The notes beneath the pieces are model-generated. The model was given only the letters and a program-made list of their open reading frames with translations, did not search any database and was not told the origin of the DNA. A DNA stretch of 32,000 nucleotides. Source: Propionibacteriaceae bacterium (GTDB taxonomy: Bacteria > Actinomycetota > Actinomycetes > Propionibacteriales > Propionibacteriaceae). Within the stretch, counting starts at the first letter, position 1. Every line of letters begins with the position of its first letter. The position numbers were made by a program, and so were the translations under genes. The stretch is taken from positions 30,001-62,000 of the forward strand of contig JAIRQE010000006.1 in assembly GCA_031256725.1 (NCBI GenBank). The letters run 5' to 3'. Below, piece after piece: positions 1 through 9,855 of this stretch.

Positions 1-1
1 A

Positions 2-211
2 GGAGAGGATCGCCTTGTCAAGCGAGTTTTCTCCCAGGCACATACTGATCACGTACCTCCGGGGGTGCCCATCGTACCTCAGGAACATCGAGCCAAATTC
101 GCTCTGGTGACCCGAGGGGCGCTCAAGCCCAGTCAGGAAGATGCAGAGCTAAACCCACGCGCAAAACCAGCCCGCTTGCGTGTGATCACCCGAATTGAGG
201 AGGACAAATGA
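2..211 (+). CDS. rsmH: 16S rRNA m4C1402 methyltransferase RsmH/MraW, C-terminal fragment (5' end lies outside the window)
   Basis: The frame ending at TGA 209-211 reads GEDRLVKRVFSQ...NPRAKPARLRVITRIEEDK*. This matches the conserved RsmH C-terminal blocks (EDR-I/L-VK and NPRxxxAKLRV). It sits directly upstream of ftsL/ftsI as in dcw clusters, and its stop overlaps the next ATG (ATGA). Confidence 0.8.
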   Translation, partial: GEDRLVKRVFSQAHTDHVPPGVPIVPQEHRAKFALVTRGALKPSQEDAELNPRAKPARLRVITRIEEDK

Positions 212-753
212 GCGCATTAGAAACCCAGGAATTATCTGTGAGAACTCAAGGTTCCTCTCTGCGTAGCATCCCTCAATCCAAGTCTGTTCGGGTACTGCCT
301 ACGGGGGCATTCCCCATTCTGATCCTCGGATTACTAGCTGGTGGAATGGTGGGGCATCTCCTACTCCAAACCAGGATTCAGGAGCAAGGCTTCGAATTAG
401 CGGCACTCCAGACTCAGGTGGATCATCTCAGTGCTGAAGAAGCCATGTGGCGTGCAACCCTTGATAGGCAGTCCACGCCAACACAATTGGCCTATGCAGC
501 CGCACAATTGGGGATGGTTGCCAACCCCTACAGCAATATCCTTGTTCTTCCTACAGGGGAGGTCTTGGGGGCGCAAAAACCTGTGAAGGGTAATGAAGTA
601 TCGATCATCTCAGCGGCACCTATACTCCCGCAGCTCACCCCCGCTGAGGAGATGGCTGATGAGGCTGCAGAAGCAATAGATGAGGATGTAGAAGTACCAG
701 AAGAGGCGGCTAGCGAGGATGAAACAACCCAAGAGGATTGGGTGCAACCATGA
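208..753 (+). CDS. ftsL: FtsL-like bitopic cell-division protein (single TM helix, coiled coil, very acidic C-terminal tail)
   Basis: 181-aa ORF in the conserved slot between rsmH and ftsI. It has one hydrophobic helix (AFPILILGLLAGGMVGHLLL) followed by a heptad-like segment (QTRIQEQGFELAALQTQVDHLSAEEAMW). There are ATGA overlaps at both ends. The call rests on position and architecture, not on a sequence motif. Confidence 0.6.
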   Translation: MSALETQELSVRTQGSSLRSIPQSKSVRVLPTGAFPILILGLLAGGMVGHLLLQTRIQEQGFELAALQTQVDHLSAEEAMWRATLDRQSTPTQLAYAAAQLGMVANPYSNILVLPTGEVLGAQKPVKGNEVSIISAAPILPQLTPAEEMADEAAEAIDEDVEVPEEAASEDETTQEDWVQP

Positions 754-2588
754 GTAAGCCAACCTCGTCCTTCTGGATAGCGAAACTGGGGAAGACCCAG
801 TCCAGGCTCCAGGGACTCGTCATTGTTTTTATCGTCTTATCATTGGTGATCGCAGCTCGATGCATGTATCTACAAGGCCTTGATCCGGGCGGTCATGGTA
901 CTCAAGCTCTCATGCCTGAGACGAAGAAGATCCCAGCAACCCGTGGCACGATTGTGGATCGCAATGGGCAGGTTCTCGCTGAGTCGGTACCTGCAATGAA
1001 TATCACTGCTGATCCCACCATTGTTGCCACCAATGGGCGTGTAGCCGAGAAGATGACATTGGCTCAACGCCTCAAGGCACAGGCTGGCCCAGGTATCATT
1101 GCTGGGATTTTGGCGACCCATCTTGATGGAGATTTCCAGGAGTACTATGACCAACTCACTCGAACGACGAGGGAGGATGGTTCTGCTAATCGCTATGTGA
1201 TGTTGGCGCCCCATGTACTGACGTACAGTAATATCTCGTTGAGACAGCGCATCAACGAATTAGGGTACATTGGTCTCTACAGAGAGAATGCACCAGTACG
1301 AAGCTATCCCAATGGTACTGTGGGGGCTAATATCTTGGGGTTCATGACCTTCTCGGATGCCCTCCAAGCTGAGGGGAAGTACCCGTGGACTGGTGGTGAA
1401 GGACTCGAATTAAGCCTCAATGCTCAGTTGTCTGGTGTCGACGGCGAGGAGATCTTTGAATCCAGCCCCTATGGACGTATCCCCACTGGGACCGCAACGA
1501 TCAAAGAGCCCGAGGAAGGGATCTCGTATGAACTCACCTTGGATCTTGGGTTGCAGTACATGCAAGACCAGCGTTTGGCTCATGCTGTGACATCCTCTGG
1601 AGCTCGATCAGGGATGGCAATCACGATGTCTGTGACCGGGGAGGTACTCGCAATGTCGAATTACCCCACCTTCGATCCCAATGATCTCTCCAATGTGGAT
1701 TCATCTGTCTTGGGTAACTTGGCGATCCGCCATGCGTACGAGCCTGGGTCGGTACAAAAGGTCCTAACGATGGCGGCCCTCATCGACGCCGGTATCGTTG
1801 CTCCAGATACTCGGGTGGTTGTACCAGGGACAATCGCCAGCGCCGACACTACCATTAGAGATGCGTGGACTCACGGTACTATCCAGCGGACAGCGACTGG
1901 TGTTCTTGTTGAATCCTCGAATGTGGGGACCATTATCCTGGCTCGTCAAATGGCTAAAGAGGATCTTGTCTCCTATTTGCGCAACTTCGGTCTCGGGGCA
2001 CCCACTGAGCTGGGGCTACCCGGAGAAGAATCTGGATTTGTACCTGATGCAGAGATGACAGGCCAAACCAGAGATAACATCTCCTTTGGTCAGGGGCTCT
2101 CAGTGACTGCCATCCAGGAGGCAACTGCTATTACTGCAATCGCTAATGGAGGAGTCTATGTGTCACCAAAGATCATTAGGTCGGCGACTACCAGCGATGG
2201 AATTCCCGTGGAAATTCCTCCACAGACTGTACGTCGAGTTATCTCTGAGGAGACTTCGACACAGATTCTTCAAATGATGGAAACTGTTGCAGCGTCCCAT
2301 ACGAACTACATCACGCTTGATGGTTATCGACTTGGGACTAAGTCGGGTACTGCTGAAGCCATTGATCCTGCCTGCGGGTGTTACCGAGGGATGGTGGTTT
2401 CCTATGTTGGTGTTGCTCCAGCGGAGAATCCTTCCCTTATTACTCTTGTTGTTCTTGATCACCCAAGGGGTGGGTCAGGCGCAAGCCATGCTGCTCCTGT
2501 GGTGCAAGATGTCCTCAGGGTTGCCCTTCCACGATATGGGGTTCCTCCTTCCTCAACTCCTGCTGCCGATCTTCCTACACTGTGGTGA
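750..2588 (+). CDS. ftsI: Class B penicillin-binding protein / peptidoglycan D,D-transpeptidase FtsI (PBP3-like)
   Basis: N-terminal TM anchor plus the transpeptidase motifs SxxK (GSVQK), SxN (SSN) and KSG (KSGT) in the correct order. It occupies the dcw position. ATG 750 forms an ATGA overlap with the ftsL stop; ATG 738 is an alternative start. Confidence 0.9.
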   Translation: MSKPTSSFWIAKLGKTQSRLQGLVIVFIVLSLVIAARCMYLQGLDPGGHGTQALMPETKKIPATRGTIVDRNGQVLAESVPAMNITADPTIVATNGRVAEKMTLAQRLKAQAGPGIIAGILATHLDGDFQEYYDQLTRTTREDGSANRYVMLAPHVLTYSNISLRQRINELGYIGLYRENAPVRSYPNGTVGANILGFMTFSDALQAEGKYPWTGGEGLELSLNAQLSGVDGEEIFESSPYGRIPTGTATIKEPEEGISYELTLDLGLQYMQDQRLAHAVTSSGARSGMAITMSVTGEVLAMSNYPTFDPNDLSNVDSSVLGNLAIRHAYEPGSVQKVLTMAALIDAGIVAPDTRVVVPGTIASADTTIRDAWTHGTIQRTATGVLVESSNVGTIILARQMAKEDLVSYLRNFGLGAPTELGLPGEESGFVPDAEMTGQTRDNISFGQGLSVTAIQEATAITAIANGGVYVSPKIIRSATTSDGIPVEIPPQTVRRVISEETSTQILQMMETVAASHTNYITLDGYRLGTKSGTAEAIDPACGCYRGMVVSYVGVAPAENPSLITLVVLDHPRGGSGASHAAPVVQDVLRVALPRYGVPPSSTPAADLPTLW

Positions 2589-2659
2589 TGCAACATGGGG
2601 ATTTGTTGTCCATCCGCTAGGCTTCTGGGGACCACAGTGCCTGAGCGAGAGGAGCCATC

Positions 2660-3751
2660 ATGGTGAAAATCCTCGTGGCGGGAGGTGTGGCCCTCCTGAT
2701 CACCCTTGTGGGAACCAAATTTTGGATTAGGTTCCTGGAAAAGAGGGCCTATGGGCAGTTCATCCGCTCTGATGGGCCCACAGCTCACCATGTCAAACGG
2801 GGTACCCCAACTATGGGTGGTGTCATCCTTGTTTTCGCCGTAGTGATCGGTTATGTGGTTTCGCATATCATCTCTATGTTAGTCCCCACCTTGACCTCAT
2901 CTCCTCCATCCATGTCTGGGTTGCTTCTTCTGGGGTTGATTGTGGGGCTGGGGATCGTGGGATTCATTGACGACTGGCTCAAGATCTCCCATGCTCAATC
3001 CTTGGGTCTGGGGTCTGTGGCTAAGTTCTCTATGCAGGCAGTCGTGGCGATCATATTCGGGATACTGGCCCTTCATTTTCCTGACCGCAACGGGGTGGAG
3101 CCAGCCTCACGCTACATCTCATTTCTTCGAGATATCTCCTGGCTGGGTATGCCTTTTGTTGTTGCGGTCATCTGGATGGCTTTTCTGATCGTCGGATTCT
3201 CTAATGCCACCAACTTGACCGATGGCCTTGATGGACTTCTAACTGGTTCGGCTTCCATGGTTTTCATCGCCTACGGCGTGGTGAATATCTGGCAGATCAA
3301 TCAGTTCTGTGGTTCCCTGTCAACGGTGGGTCCCAAGTGCTATGACGTACGTAACCCTCTGGATTTGGCCATCATCGCCATGGCTTTCGCGGGTGGCCTC
3401 TTTGGCTTCCTGTGGTGGAATGCCCACCCTGCAAAGATCTTTCTGGGTGATACTGGATCTCTTGCCATAGGTGGTGCGATTGCTGGTCTGGCTATTATGA
3501 CTCGTACCGAACTTCTCATCATCATCATTGGTCTGCTCTTCGTTTTGGAAGCCACCTCTGTCATGGCTCAGGTCGGCTTTTTCAAGCTCACCAAAGGTAA
3601 ACGTCTGTTCAAGATGGCGCCCCTTCATCATCATTTCGAGATGCTGGGTTGGGGTGAATCAACAGTTGTTGTCCGCTTCTGGATCATTGCTGGTCTGTCT
3701 GTCCTGGCTGGTGCAGGGCTCTTCTACGCAGAATGGGTGGCTGGCTCATGA
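2660..3751 (+). CDS. mraY: Phospho-N-acetylmuramoyl-pentapeptide transferase MraY
   Basis: Polytopic membrane protein with MraY signatures NATNLTDGLDGL, GDTGSLAIGG and PLHHHFE. An RBS-like GAGAGGAG lies upstream of the ATG. Confidence 0.95.
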   Translation: MVKILVAGGVALLITLVGTKFWIRFLEKRAYGQFIRSDGPTAHHVKRGTPTMGGVILVFAVVIGYVVSHIISMLVPTLTSSPPSMSGLLLLGLIVGLGIVGFIDDWLKISHAQSLGLGSVAKFSMQAVVAIIFGILALHFPDRNGVEPASRYISFLRDISWLGMPFVVAVIWMAFLIVGFSNATNLTDGLDGLLTGSASMVFIAYGVVNIWQINQFCGSLSTVGPKCYDVRNPLDLAIIAMAFAGGLFGFLWWNAHPAKIFLGDTGSLAIGGAIAGLAIMTRTELLIIIIGLLFVLEATSVMAQVGFFKLTKGKRLFKMAPLHHHFEMLGWGESTVVVRFWIIAGLSVLAGAGLFYAEWVAGS

Positions 3752-5220
3752 TCGACTGGCTATCTCATGCAAACCGATTGAGCGAGTGGACACAAGTCAA
3801 AGTTGTTGTCGCTGGGCTTGGTCTCAGCGGTTTCTCTGCCGCTGACGCTCTTCTGCAGTACGGCGCTGAGGTAACCCTTCTCGACGAAACCATCTCCGAT
3901 GACAAGGCCGAGAAAGCAAAACTTCTGGAAATCCTCGGCGCTCAGGTTCGTCTTGGGCCGGGTGTTACACGTGCACTTCCCGACTGTGATCTTGTTATTG
4001 CTTCGCCAGGATGGTTTCCAACCTGCCCATTGTTTCGCCAGGCAAGAGCACAGAAGATTCCTATCTGGGGCGACCTCGAATTAGCATGGAGACTACAACA
4101 GCCCGACCGCCAAGTACCTTGGTTGGGGCTGACGGGAACAAACGGCAAGACCACCACAGTCACGATGCTGGAATCCATCCTCACGACTGCTGGTCTGACC
4201 ACCTCGGCGGTGGGTAATGTTGGAAGACCGATACTTGAAACAATCCTTGATGACGTCACCTATGACTGCTTGGCTATCGAATTGTCTAGTTTTCAGCTTC
4301 ACTGGGCAGATACACTAAGCCTTCATTCAGCCGCTGTACTCAATCTAGATCCCGACCATCTTCAATGGTATGAAGGTAGCTCAGAAACCCTGTCACCCTT
4401 TGATGCCTATGCTGCGGATAAGGCAAGGATCTACCACCAGGTCTCCCATTCCTGCATCTACAATGTGGCCGATCCTCGTACCGAACAGATGGTGGCTGAT
4501 GCAGATGTTATTGAGGGGGCTCGAGCGATTGGTTTCACTCTCGATATTCCGCAAATTTCTATGGTGGGTGTAGTTGATGGTGCCCTTGTTGATCGTGCCT
4601 TCATCCCTCAACGTCGTGACTCGGCTCTAGAGTTAGCCTCCCTATCAGATCTGCCTTCCTCGGCACCCCATATGGTTGCCAATGCTTTGGCTGCTGCTGC
4701 ATTGGCGCGTTCCTTTGGGGTTGAAGCCAGGGCAGTACGTGATGGTCTTCGTGCCTATGAGCTTGGGCCACACCGTATTCAAGCCATTGCCACGGTACAG
4801 GGAATCACCTGGGTTGATGACTCGAAGGCCACCAATGCCCATGCTGCTTCCGCAAGTCTTCAGGGCTTTGATTCGGTTGTATGGATTGCTGGAGGCCAAG
4901 CGAAGGGTACCCAATTTGAGGACCTTGTACGAACCAATCGTGATCGTATCAAAGCCGCAGTCATCATTGGTGTAGATCGAGAGATTGTGGCCTCCGCACT
5001 AGCTAGTGAAGCACCTGATATTCCCTATGTGTGCCTAGATTTGGCTCAACCATCGGTGATGGAAGAAGCAGTAGCACGGGCAGGTGACTTTGCTGTTAAG
5101 GGTGATACGGTTCTTTTGGCACCTGCCTGCGCCTCTCAGGATATCTATGTTGACTATGCCGAACGCGGCAATTGGTTTGCTCAATCAGTTCGTGAGTACA
5201 CAGGAAAGGGGGGATTATGA
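3748..5220 (+). CDS. murD: UDP-N-acetylmuramoyl-L-alanine--D-glutamate ligase MurD
   Basis: Mur ligase P-loop GLTGTNGKTTT and the later DDSKATN block, in the dcw position. ATG 3748 gives an ATGA overlap with the mraY stop; ATG 3733 is an alternative. Confidence 0.92.
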   Translation: MIDWLSHANRLSEWTQVKVVVAGLGLSGFSAADALLQYGAEVTLLDETISDDKAEKAKLLEILGAQVRLGPGVTRALPDCDLVIASPGWFPTCPLFRQARAQKIPIWGDLELAWRLQQPDRQVPWLGLTGTNGKTTTVTMLESILTTAGLTTSAVGNVGRPILETILDDVTYDCLAIELSSFQLHWADTLSLHSAAVLNLDPDHLQWYEGSSETLSPFDAYAADKARIYHQVSHSCIYNVADPRTEQMVADADVIEGARAIGFTLDIPQISMVGVVDGALVDRAFIPQRRDSALELASLSDLPSSAPHMVANALAAAALARSFGVEARAVRDGLRAYELGPHRIQAIATVQGITWVDDSKATNAHAASASLQGFDSVVWIAGGQAKGTQFEDLVRTNRDRIKAAVIIGVDREIVASALASEAPDIPYVCLDLAQPSVMEEAVARAGDFAVKGDTVLLAPACASQDIYVDYAERGNWFAQSVREYTGKGGL

Positions 5221-6473
5221 GCATCGCTGACGCAACACCCTCGACAAGGACCAAGAAGACGAAGTTGAGGGAGGAATCCTCACCGAAAGCCCTACTTCGC
5301 TCCACAATGGATCACCCCCTTTTCGACTACCGGCTTTTGATTGTTGTCGCGGCTGTTTTGCTGTGCCTTGGGCTTTTGATGGTGATCTCCTCTTCCTCGG
5401 TGATCGCAGCAGCCACGTATCAAGACCCCTATTACTTCGGCAAGAGGCAATTAATCTTTGCTGGGATCGGTCTTCTTGGGGCCTTCTTCCTTTCCCGATG
5501 CTCAGAGAAATTAGTACGTTATGTTGCCTGGCCTGCACTCTTCCTCGCGGCCCTTCTTATTGTGCTGACCATCTTTACGCCACTGGGTATTGATGTGGCA
5601 GGCAACCGCAACTGGATGTCCTTTGGTCCATCATGGACCCAGTTCCAGCCCAGCGAATTTGCGAAACTCGCCATCATTATATGGGGAGCCAATGACTTAG
5701 CCAACAAGCGGCGAGTACTCGTTGATATGCGGCAATGGTTGACCTATCTGTGTGCAACCCTGCTGCTTGTGGGACTTGTACTTATTCAAAAGGATGCAGG
5801 TACGGCTATGGTCATGGCCGCTATCATCATCATCGTGATGGTGGCTGTAGGAGCTCCATGGAGACTTCTTGCTGGTTTTGGGATTTCTGCAGTAGGTGCC
5901 ATGGCTATCATGGTGCTTCTTGAGCCATATAGGATGCAAAGAATTCTGGCATTTCTCAGGCCAGATTCTGATCCACTGGGGTACAACCTCCAAGCACGAC
6001 GAGGAATCTATGCCCTAGCCTCGGGAGGATGGTTTGGACAAGGCCTCGGATCGAGTCGACAAAAGTGGGGGCTTTTGACCGAAGCACACACCGACTATAT
6101 CTTCGCCATCATTGGAGAAGAGTTGGGGCTGCTTGGTACTCTCACTGTTATCTTGCTCTTCCTCATACTCACCGCTGTGGGACTTCGGATCGCCCTGAAA
6201 TCTAAGTCCTTGTTCTCAAAGTACGTTGCCATCGGAGTCGTGGCCTGGTTTGCTGCACAAGCCTTCGCGAATATTGCTGTAGCCATCCGACTCATTCCGG
6301 TTTTGGGGATTCCACTACCCATGATCTCCTATGGAGGTTCCTCCTTGATGGCGAATCTGTTTGCGCTTGGTCTCCTAGCTGGATGTGCCAGGCGAGAACC
6401 TCACGCTGCTCAGGTTTTTCTTACCCGCAAAGCTAAGCCTAAGGTCACCACCATTGTCAGGGCTCAAGCATGA
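5217..6473 (+). CDS. ftsW: SEDS-family peptidoglycan glycosyltransferase / cell-division protein FtsW
   Basis: Roughly 10 hydrophobic segments with SEDS blocks PSEFAKLA, HTDYIFAIIGEELG and PLPMISYGGSS. ATGA overlap with murD. Confidence 0.92.
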   Translation: MSIADATPSTRTKKTKLREESSPKALLRSTMDHPLFDYRLLIVVAAVLLCLGLLMVISSSSVIAAATYQDPYYFGKRQLIFAGIGLLGAFFLSRCSEKLVRYVAWPALFLAALLIVLTIFTPLGIDVAGNRNWMSFGPSWTQFQPSEFAKLAIIIWGANDLANKRRVLVDMRQWLTYLCATLLLVGLVLIQKDAGTAMVMAAIIIIVMVAVGAPWRLLAGFGISAVGAMAIMVLLEPYRMQRILAFLRPDSDPLGYNLQARRGIYALASGGWFGQGLGSSRQKWGLLTEAHTDYIFAIIGEELGLLGTLTVILLFLILTAVGLRIALKSKSLFSKYVAIGVVAWFAAQAFANIAVAIRLIPVLGIPLPMISYGGSSLMANLFALGLLAGCARREPHAAQVFLTRKAKPKVTTIVRAQA

Positions 6474-7558
6474 GAGTTGTCTTGGTTGGGGGAGGTACCA
6501 CTGGGCATATCTCGCCCATGCTTGCGACCTGCGAAGCCCTGAAAGATCTCGATCAGGGTACGCAAATCACGTGTGTGGGTACTGCTGTGGGTTTGGAGAC
6601 TACCCTCGTACCAGAAGCTGGATTCGAACTTGCTCTGGTGGACCCTGTACCCCTTCCTCGCCAGATCTCTACAGAGTTGTTCACCCTTCCCGCTCGAATC
6701 TGGACCTCCCAACACCAGGCCACTGAGATACTCAAGAAGGCTCAAGCTGAGGTAGTTGTCGGCTTTGGCGGATACGTATGTGTACCAGTTTACCTTGCTG
6801 CCTGGAGAATGAGGATCCCGACAGTGGTTCATGAAGCCAATGCAGTTCCAGGCCTAGCCAACCGTATTGGCTCTCGCTTCGCTAAAACCGTATGTGTGAC
6901 CTTTGCCAGCACTGGTCTTAAGGATCAGGTGGTCACTGGGATGCCGATGCGTCAGGGGATCGCAACCCTTGATCGTGCTCAGGCGCGTACCGAAGCTCGA
7001 CGAGCATTGGGGATACTAGATGACGATAGGGTGCTCCTCGTCTCGGGAGGATCTCAGGGGGCTCTTAGGCTTAATGAGGCAACAATGGGTGCCCTAGCAT
7101 CCTTGGATGCTGCTGGGATTAGGGTGCTCCATGTCACAGGCAAGGGAAACTTTGAGACCGCGGAACCCATTGTGGCCCCAGATTCCTATGTACGCCTACC
7201 CTATGTGGAGAAGATGGAGCAGGCTTATGCTGCTGCGGATCTCATGCTTGCTCGTTCGGGGGCAGCCACAGTCACTGAGACTGCTTGTGTGGGGTTGCCG
7301 ACCATCTATGTACCCCTTCCTCACGGAAATGGGGAACAGGCTAAGAATGCTGCCGATGTAATCGAAGCAGGTGGGGGAATCCTCATCGCAGACGCTGACC
7401 TGACATCGGAAAGACTAATTGTTGAGGTGACAAAGCTTTTCGCGGATGAGGACGCATTGACGACAATGAGTCGTGCAGCTCGCGGGGTCACACCCAATGA
7501 TGCGGCCATCAGGGTCGCAGGTTTTGCTCTTGCTGGAGGTCACTCATGCCACTTATAG
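6470..7558 (+). CDS. murG: UDP-GlcNAc:lipid I N-acetylglucosaminyltransferase MurG
   Basis: N-terminal GGGTTGHISP, then SGGSQGA and the ARSGAATVTE blocks typical of MurG. ATGA overlap with ftsW. Confidence 0.93.
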   Translation: MRVVLVGGGTTGHISPMLATCEALKDLDQGTQITCVGTAVGLETTLVPEAGFELALVDPVPLPRQISTELFTLPARIWTSQHQATEILKKAQAEVVVGFGGYVCVPVYLAAWRMRIPTVVHEANAVPGLANRIGSRFAKTVCVTFASTGLKDQVVTGMPMRQGIATLDRAQARTEARRALGILDDDRVLLVSGGSQGALRLNEATMGALASLDAAGIRVLHVTGKGNFETAEPIVAPDSYVRLPYVEKMEQAYAAADLMLARSGAATVTETACVGLPTIYVPLPHGNGEQAKNAADVIEAGGGILIADADLTSERLIVEVTKLFADEDALTTMSRAARGVTPNDAAIRVAGFALAGGHSCHL

Positions 7559-8940
7559 AACCTCAGGAAATTCCTGCCCTTGATACATTGGGTCGGACCC
7601 ACTTCGTTGCTATTGGTGGTGCCGGAATGAGTGGTGTCGCCGCAGGGTTCCTTGCTCGTGGGCTTGAGGTCTCCGGCTGTGATCAGGAGGACTCCAAAGC
7701 CTTACGTGATGTGGCCAAACTTGGTGCGAAGACCTGGGTTGGCCATGATCGATCCCATGTCGAGGAGGTGGACACTCTGGTTGTTTCGACCGCCATCCGC
7801 GAGGATAATCCAGATCTTGCTGAGGCCCGACGTCTAGGGGTACGTGTACTCCATCGCAGTGTAGCTCTCGCAAGTTTGATGGAAGGTCACCAGGTTATCT
7901 CTGTGGCTGGCACCCATGGTAAGACCACGACAACCGCAATGTGTGTAGCTGGCCTTCATGGGGCCACGATCACACCTTCTTATGTTCTTGGTGGAATCCC
8001 TCTCAAAACTGGCTTGGGTGCCCAGATCACTGATTCGCCGTACTTTATTGTGGAGGCAGACGAGTCGGATGGAACACTGAGACAGTACCCAACCACTATC
8101 GCGATCATCACCACTGTCGAACCTGATCATCTTGATAATTGGATCACTGCTGAGCGTTACCGTCAGGGGTTTGTCGAGTTTGCGACTGGTGAAAGAATCT
8201 CAACAGTTATTCTCTGTTGTGATGACACGGGCGCTAGAGAATTGGCGAATTCACTGACTGAGGTTCGAGTGGTGACCTATGGAACCAGTAAGGATGCTGA
8301 CTTCCGACTCAGCGAGGTTGATCCCCATAGGGGTACAGCCACAGTCATCAACGGCGAAGAATCCATTGAGATGGCCCTGGGTATTCCTGGCTTGCATAAT
8401 ATCCTTAATGCCACAGCCACCCTATGTCTTGCTGAGATTCTTGGTGTGGATCGGGAAGGATTCCTTCAAGGACTTGCCGGATTTGAGGGTACATCTCGCC
8501 GATTTGAGGAGGTCGGTACAGTCGCTGGAATCACAGTGGTGGATGACTATGCCCACCATCCCACAGAGGTGGAAGCCACACTTACCACAGCGCGACTGGT
8601 GGCGGCGGGTTCTGGGCGAGTGGTGGTCTGCTTTCAGCCCCATTTGTACTCCCGTACCCAGGCTTTCTATGAGGAGTTTGGGGAAGCACTTGCTCTCGCA
8701 GATGAGGTTATTGTCCTTGATGTGTACCCAGCCCGAGAGGATCCCATTCCTGGGGTGACAGGAGAACTCATTGCACATGCTCTCGCTCGTCGAGGTGGTA
8801 CTGTTCACTATGTCCCAGCCCTGGACAATGCTGTGGATGCTCTCAAATCCCTTGTGAAACCAGGTGACTTAGTTTTGACCGTTGGGGCAGGATCGATCAC
8901 CACTGTGGGGCCGAAACTCATTGACGCTCTAGGATCATGA
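7546..8940 (+). CDS. murC: UDP-N-acetylmuramate--L-alanine ligase MurC
   Basis: Contains GGAGMSGVA, the Mur ligase P-loop GTHGKTTTT and DDYAHHPTE. 13-nt overlap with murG. Confidence 0.93.
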   Translation: MPLIEPQEIPALDTLGRTHFVAIGGAGMSGVAAGFLARGLEVSGCDQEDSKALRDVAKLGAKTWVGHDRSHVEEVDTLVVSTAIREDNPDLAEARRLGVRVLHRSVALASLMEGHQVISVAGTHGKTTTTAMCVAGLHGATITPSYVLGGIPLKTGLGAQITDSPYFIVEADESDGTLRQYPTTIAIITTVEPDHLDNWITAERYRQGFVEFATGERISTVILCCDDTGARELANSLTEVRVVTYGTSKDADFRLSEVDPHRGTATVINGEESIEMALGIPGLHNILNATATLCLAEILGVDREGFLQGLAGFEGTSRRFEEVGTVAGITVVDDYAHHPTEVEATLTTARLVAAGSGRVVVCFQPHLYSRTQAFYEEFGEALALADEVIVLDVYPAREDPIPGVTGELIAHALARRGGTVHYVPALDNAVDALKSLVKPGDLVLTVGAGSITTVGPKLIDALGS

Positions 8941-9683
8941 TGGCTAGGAACCAGCCCACGGGTGTACGCGATGTCACCTCAACGATTCGAGCCCGTCACC
9001 TCAAACAGCTTCGGATCCGAATGATTCGGATCATTATTCTGGCGACGGTGGTCCTTCTTATAGGTGCCACTGTATGGGTGGTGTGGTTTTCTCCACTTCT
9101 TATTGCCAGATCTGTGGTGGTCTCAGGTAATGCTCATGCGAGTACTGCTGAGATCATCGAAACAGCCGAGGTGCCTATAGGAACCCCACTTGTGGCAGTG
9201 GACACCCAGCTCATCGAAGAACGTGTGATGACTATACCTGTCATGGCTGAGGTGGTTGTTCGCAGGGAAATCACAGGAGTTGTGAAGATCGTGGTGACGG
9301 AGGCTAAAGCTGCCTATATCATCCCCATCAGTGGACTCTATCTTGTTGTGAGCGATCAGGGGAAGGGGTTCGATATGGTACCCGAACCCCCCGAGGGTCT
9401 TCCCACTGTGAATATGGTTATTGATGATTCTGAGGCTTCTGTACGTCTCATGGTCGATGCTGCGGCGATTCTTCAGGCACTGCCAGAATCTGTGAGATCA
9501 CTGATGACTCTCTTGGGTGCTCAGACCCCGGATACCTTCCTTATTAGTCTCAATGATGGACGGCAGATCCTATGGGGAAGTACTGAAGACTCGGAACTGA
9601 AAGCCACAGTGATTGAGGGCCTGCTTAACGTACCAGCCTCCTACTATGACATCAGTTCGCCAAGCCATCCCGCTACGCGTTAG
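8937..9683 (+). CDS. ftsQ: Cell-division protein FtsQ (bitopic, POTRA-type periplasmic domain)
   Basis: Basic N-terminus, one TM helix (IIILATVVLLIGATVWVVWF), then a V-x-V-x-G-N segment (VVVSGNAHASTAEI) typical of the FtsQ POTRA start. It sits in the slot between murC and ftsZ, with an ATGA overlap to murC. Confidence 0.8.
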   Translation: MMARNQPTGVRDVTSTIRARHLKQLRIRMIRIIILATVVLLIGATVWVVWFSPLLIARSVVVSGNAHASTAEIIETAEVPIGTPLVAVDTQLIEERVMTIPVMAEVVVRREITGVVKIVVTEAKAAYIIPISGLYLVVSDQGKGFDMVPEPPEGLPTVNMVIDDSEASVRLMVDAAAILQALPESVRSLMTLLGAQTPDTFLISLNDGRQILWGSTEDSELKATVIEGLLNVPASYYDISSPSHPATR

Positions 9684-9855
9684 GGGTAGGGGTGAGGAAT
9701 TATAAGTCACAGAAGCAAAGAAGTCTCCATTTCTGTGTATTTCACCGTAAGAAGTCTGAAGTCATACTTGAGATTACGGCGAGTCGCGGCTTTGGTGATG
9801 GAAACCAAGAGGCTTGTCTCGTACCCTGGCTAGCAGTACCCATACCGATATTGAG
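9684..9855 (+). promoter_or_regulatory. ftsQ-ftsZ intergenic leader (candidate ftsZ promoter/regulatory region) with two stem-loops
   Basis: This 172-bp spacer is the only long gap inside the dcw cluster. It contains an inverted repeat CACAGAA (9708-9714) / TTCTGTG (9731-9737), an inverted repeat CCGTAA (9745-9750) / TTACGG (9774-9779), and a duplicated AAGAAGTCT. I could not define convincing -35/-10 boxes. Confidence 0.3.

Noticed and set aside
9814-9855. TTG start at 9814 for ftsZ
   Set aside because: It adds 14 non-conserved residues and has no RBS. ATG 9856 or GTG 9868 fits the conserved FtsZ N-terminus better.
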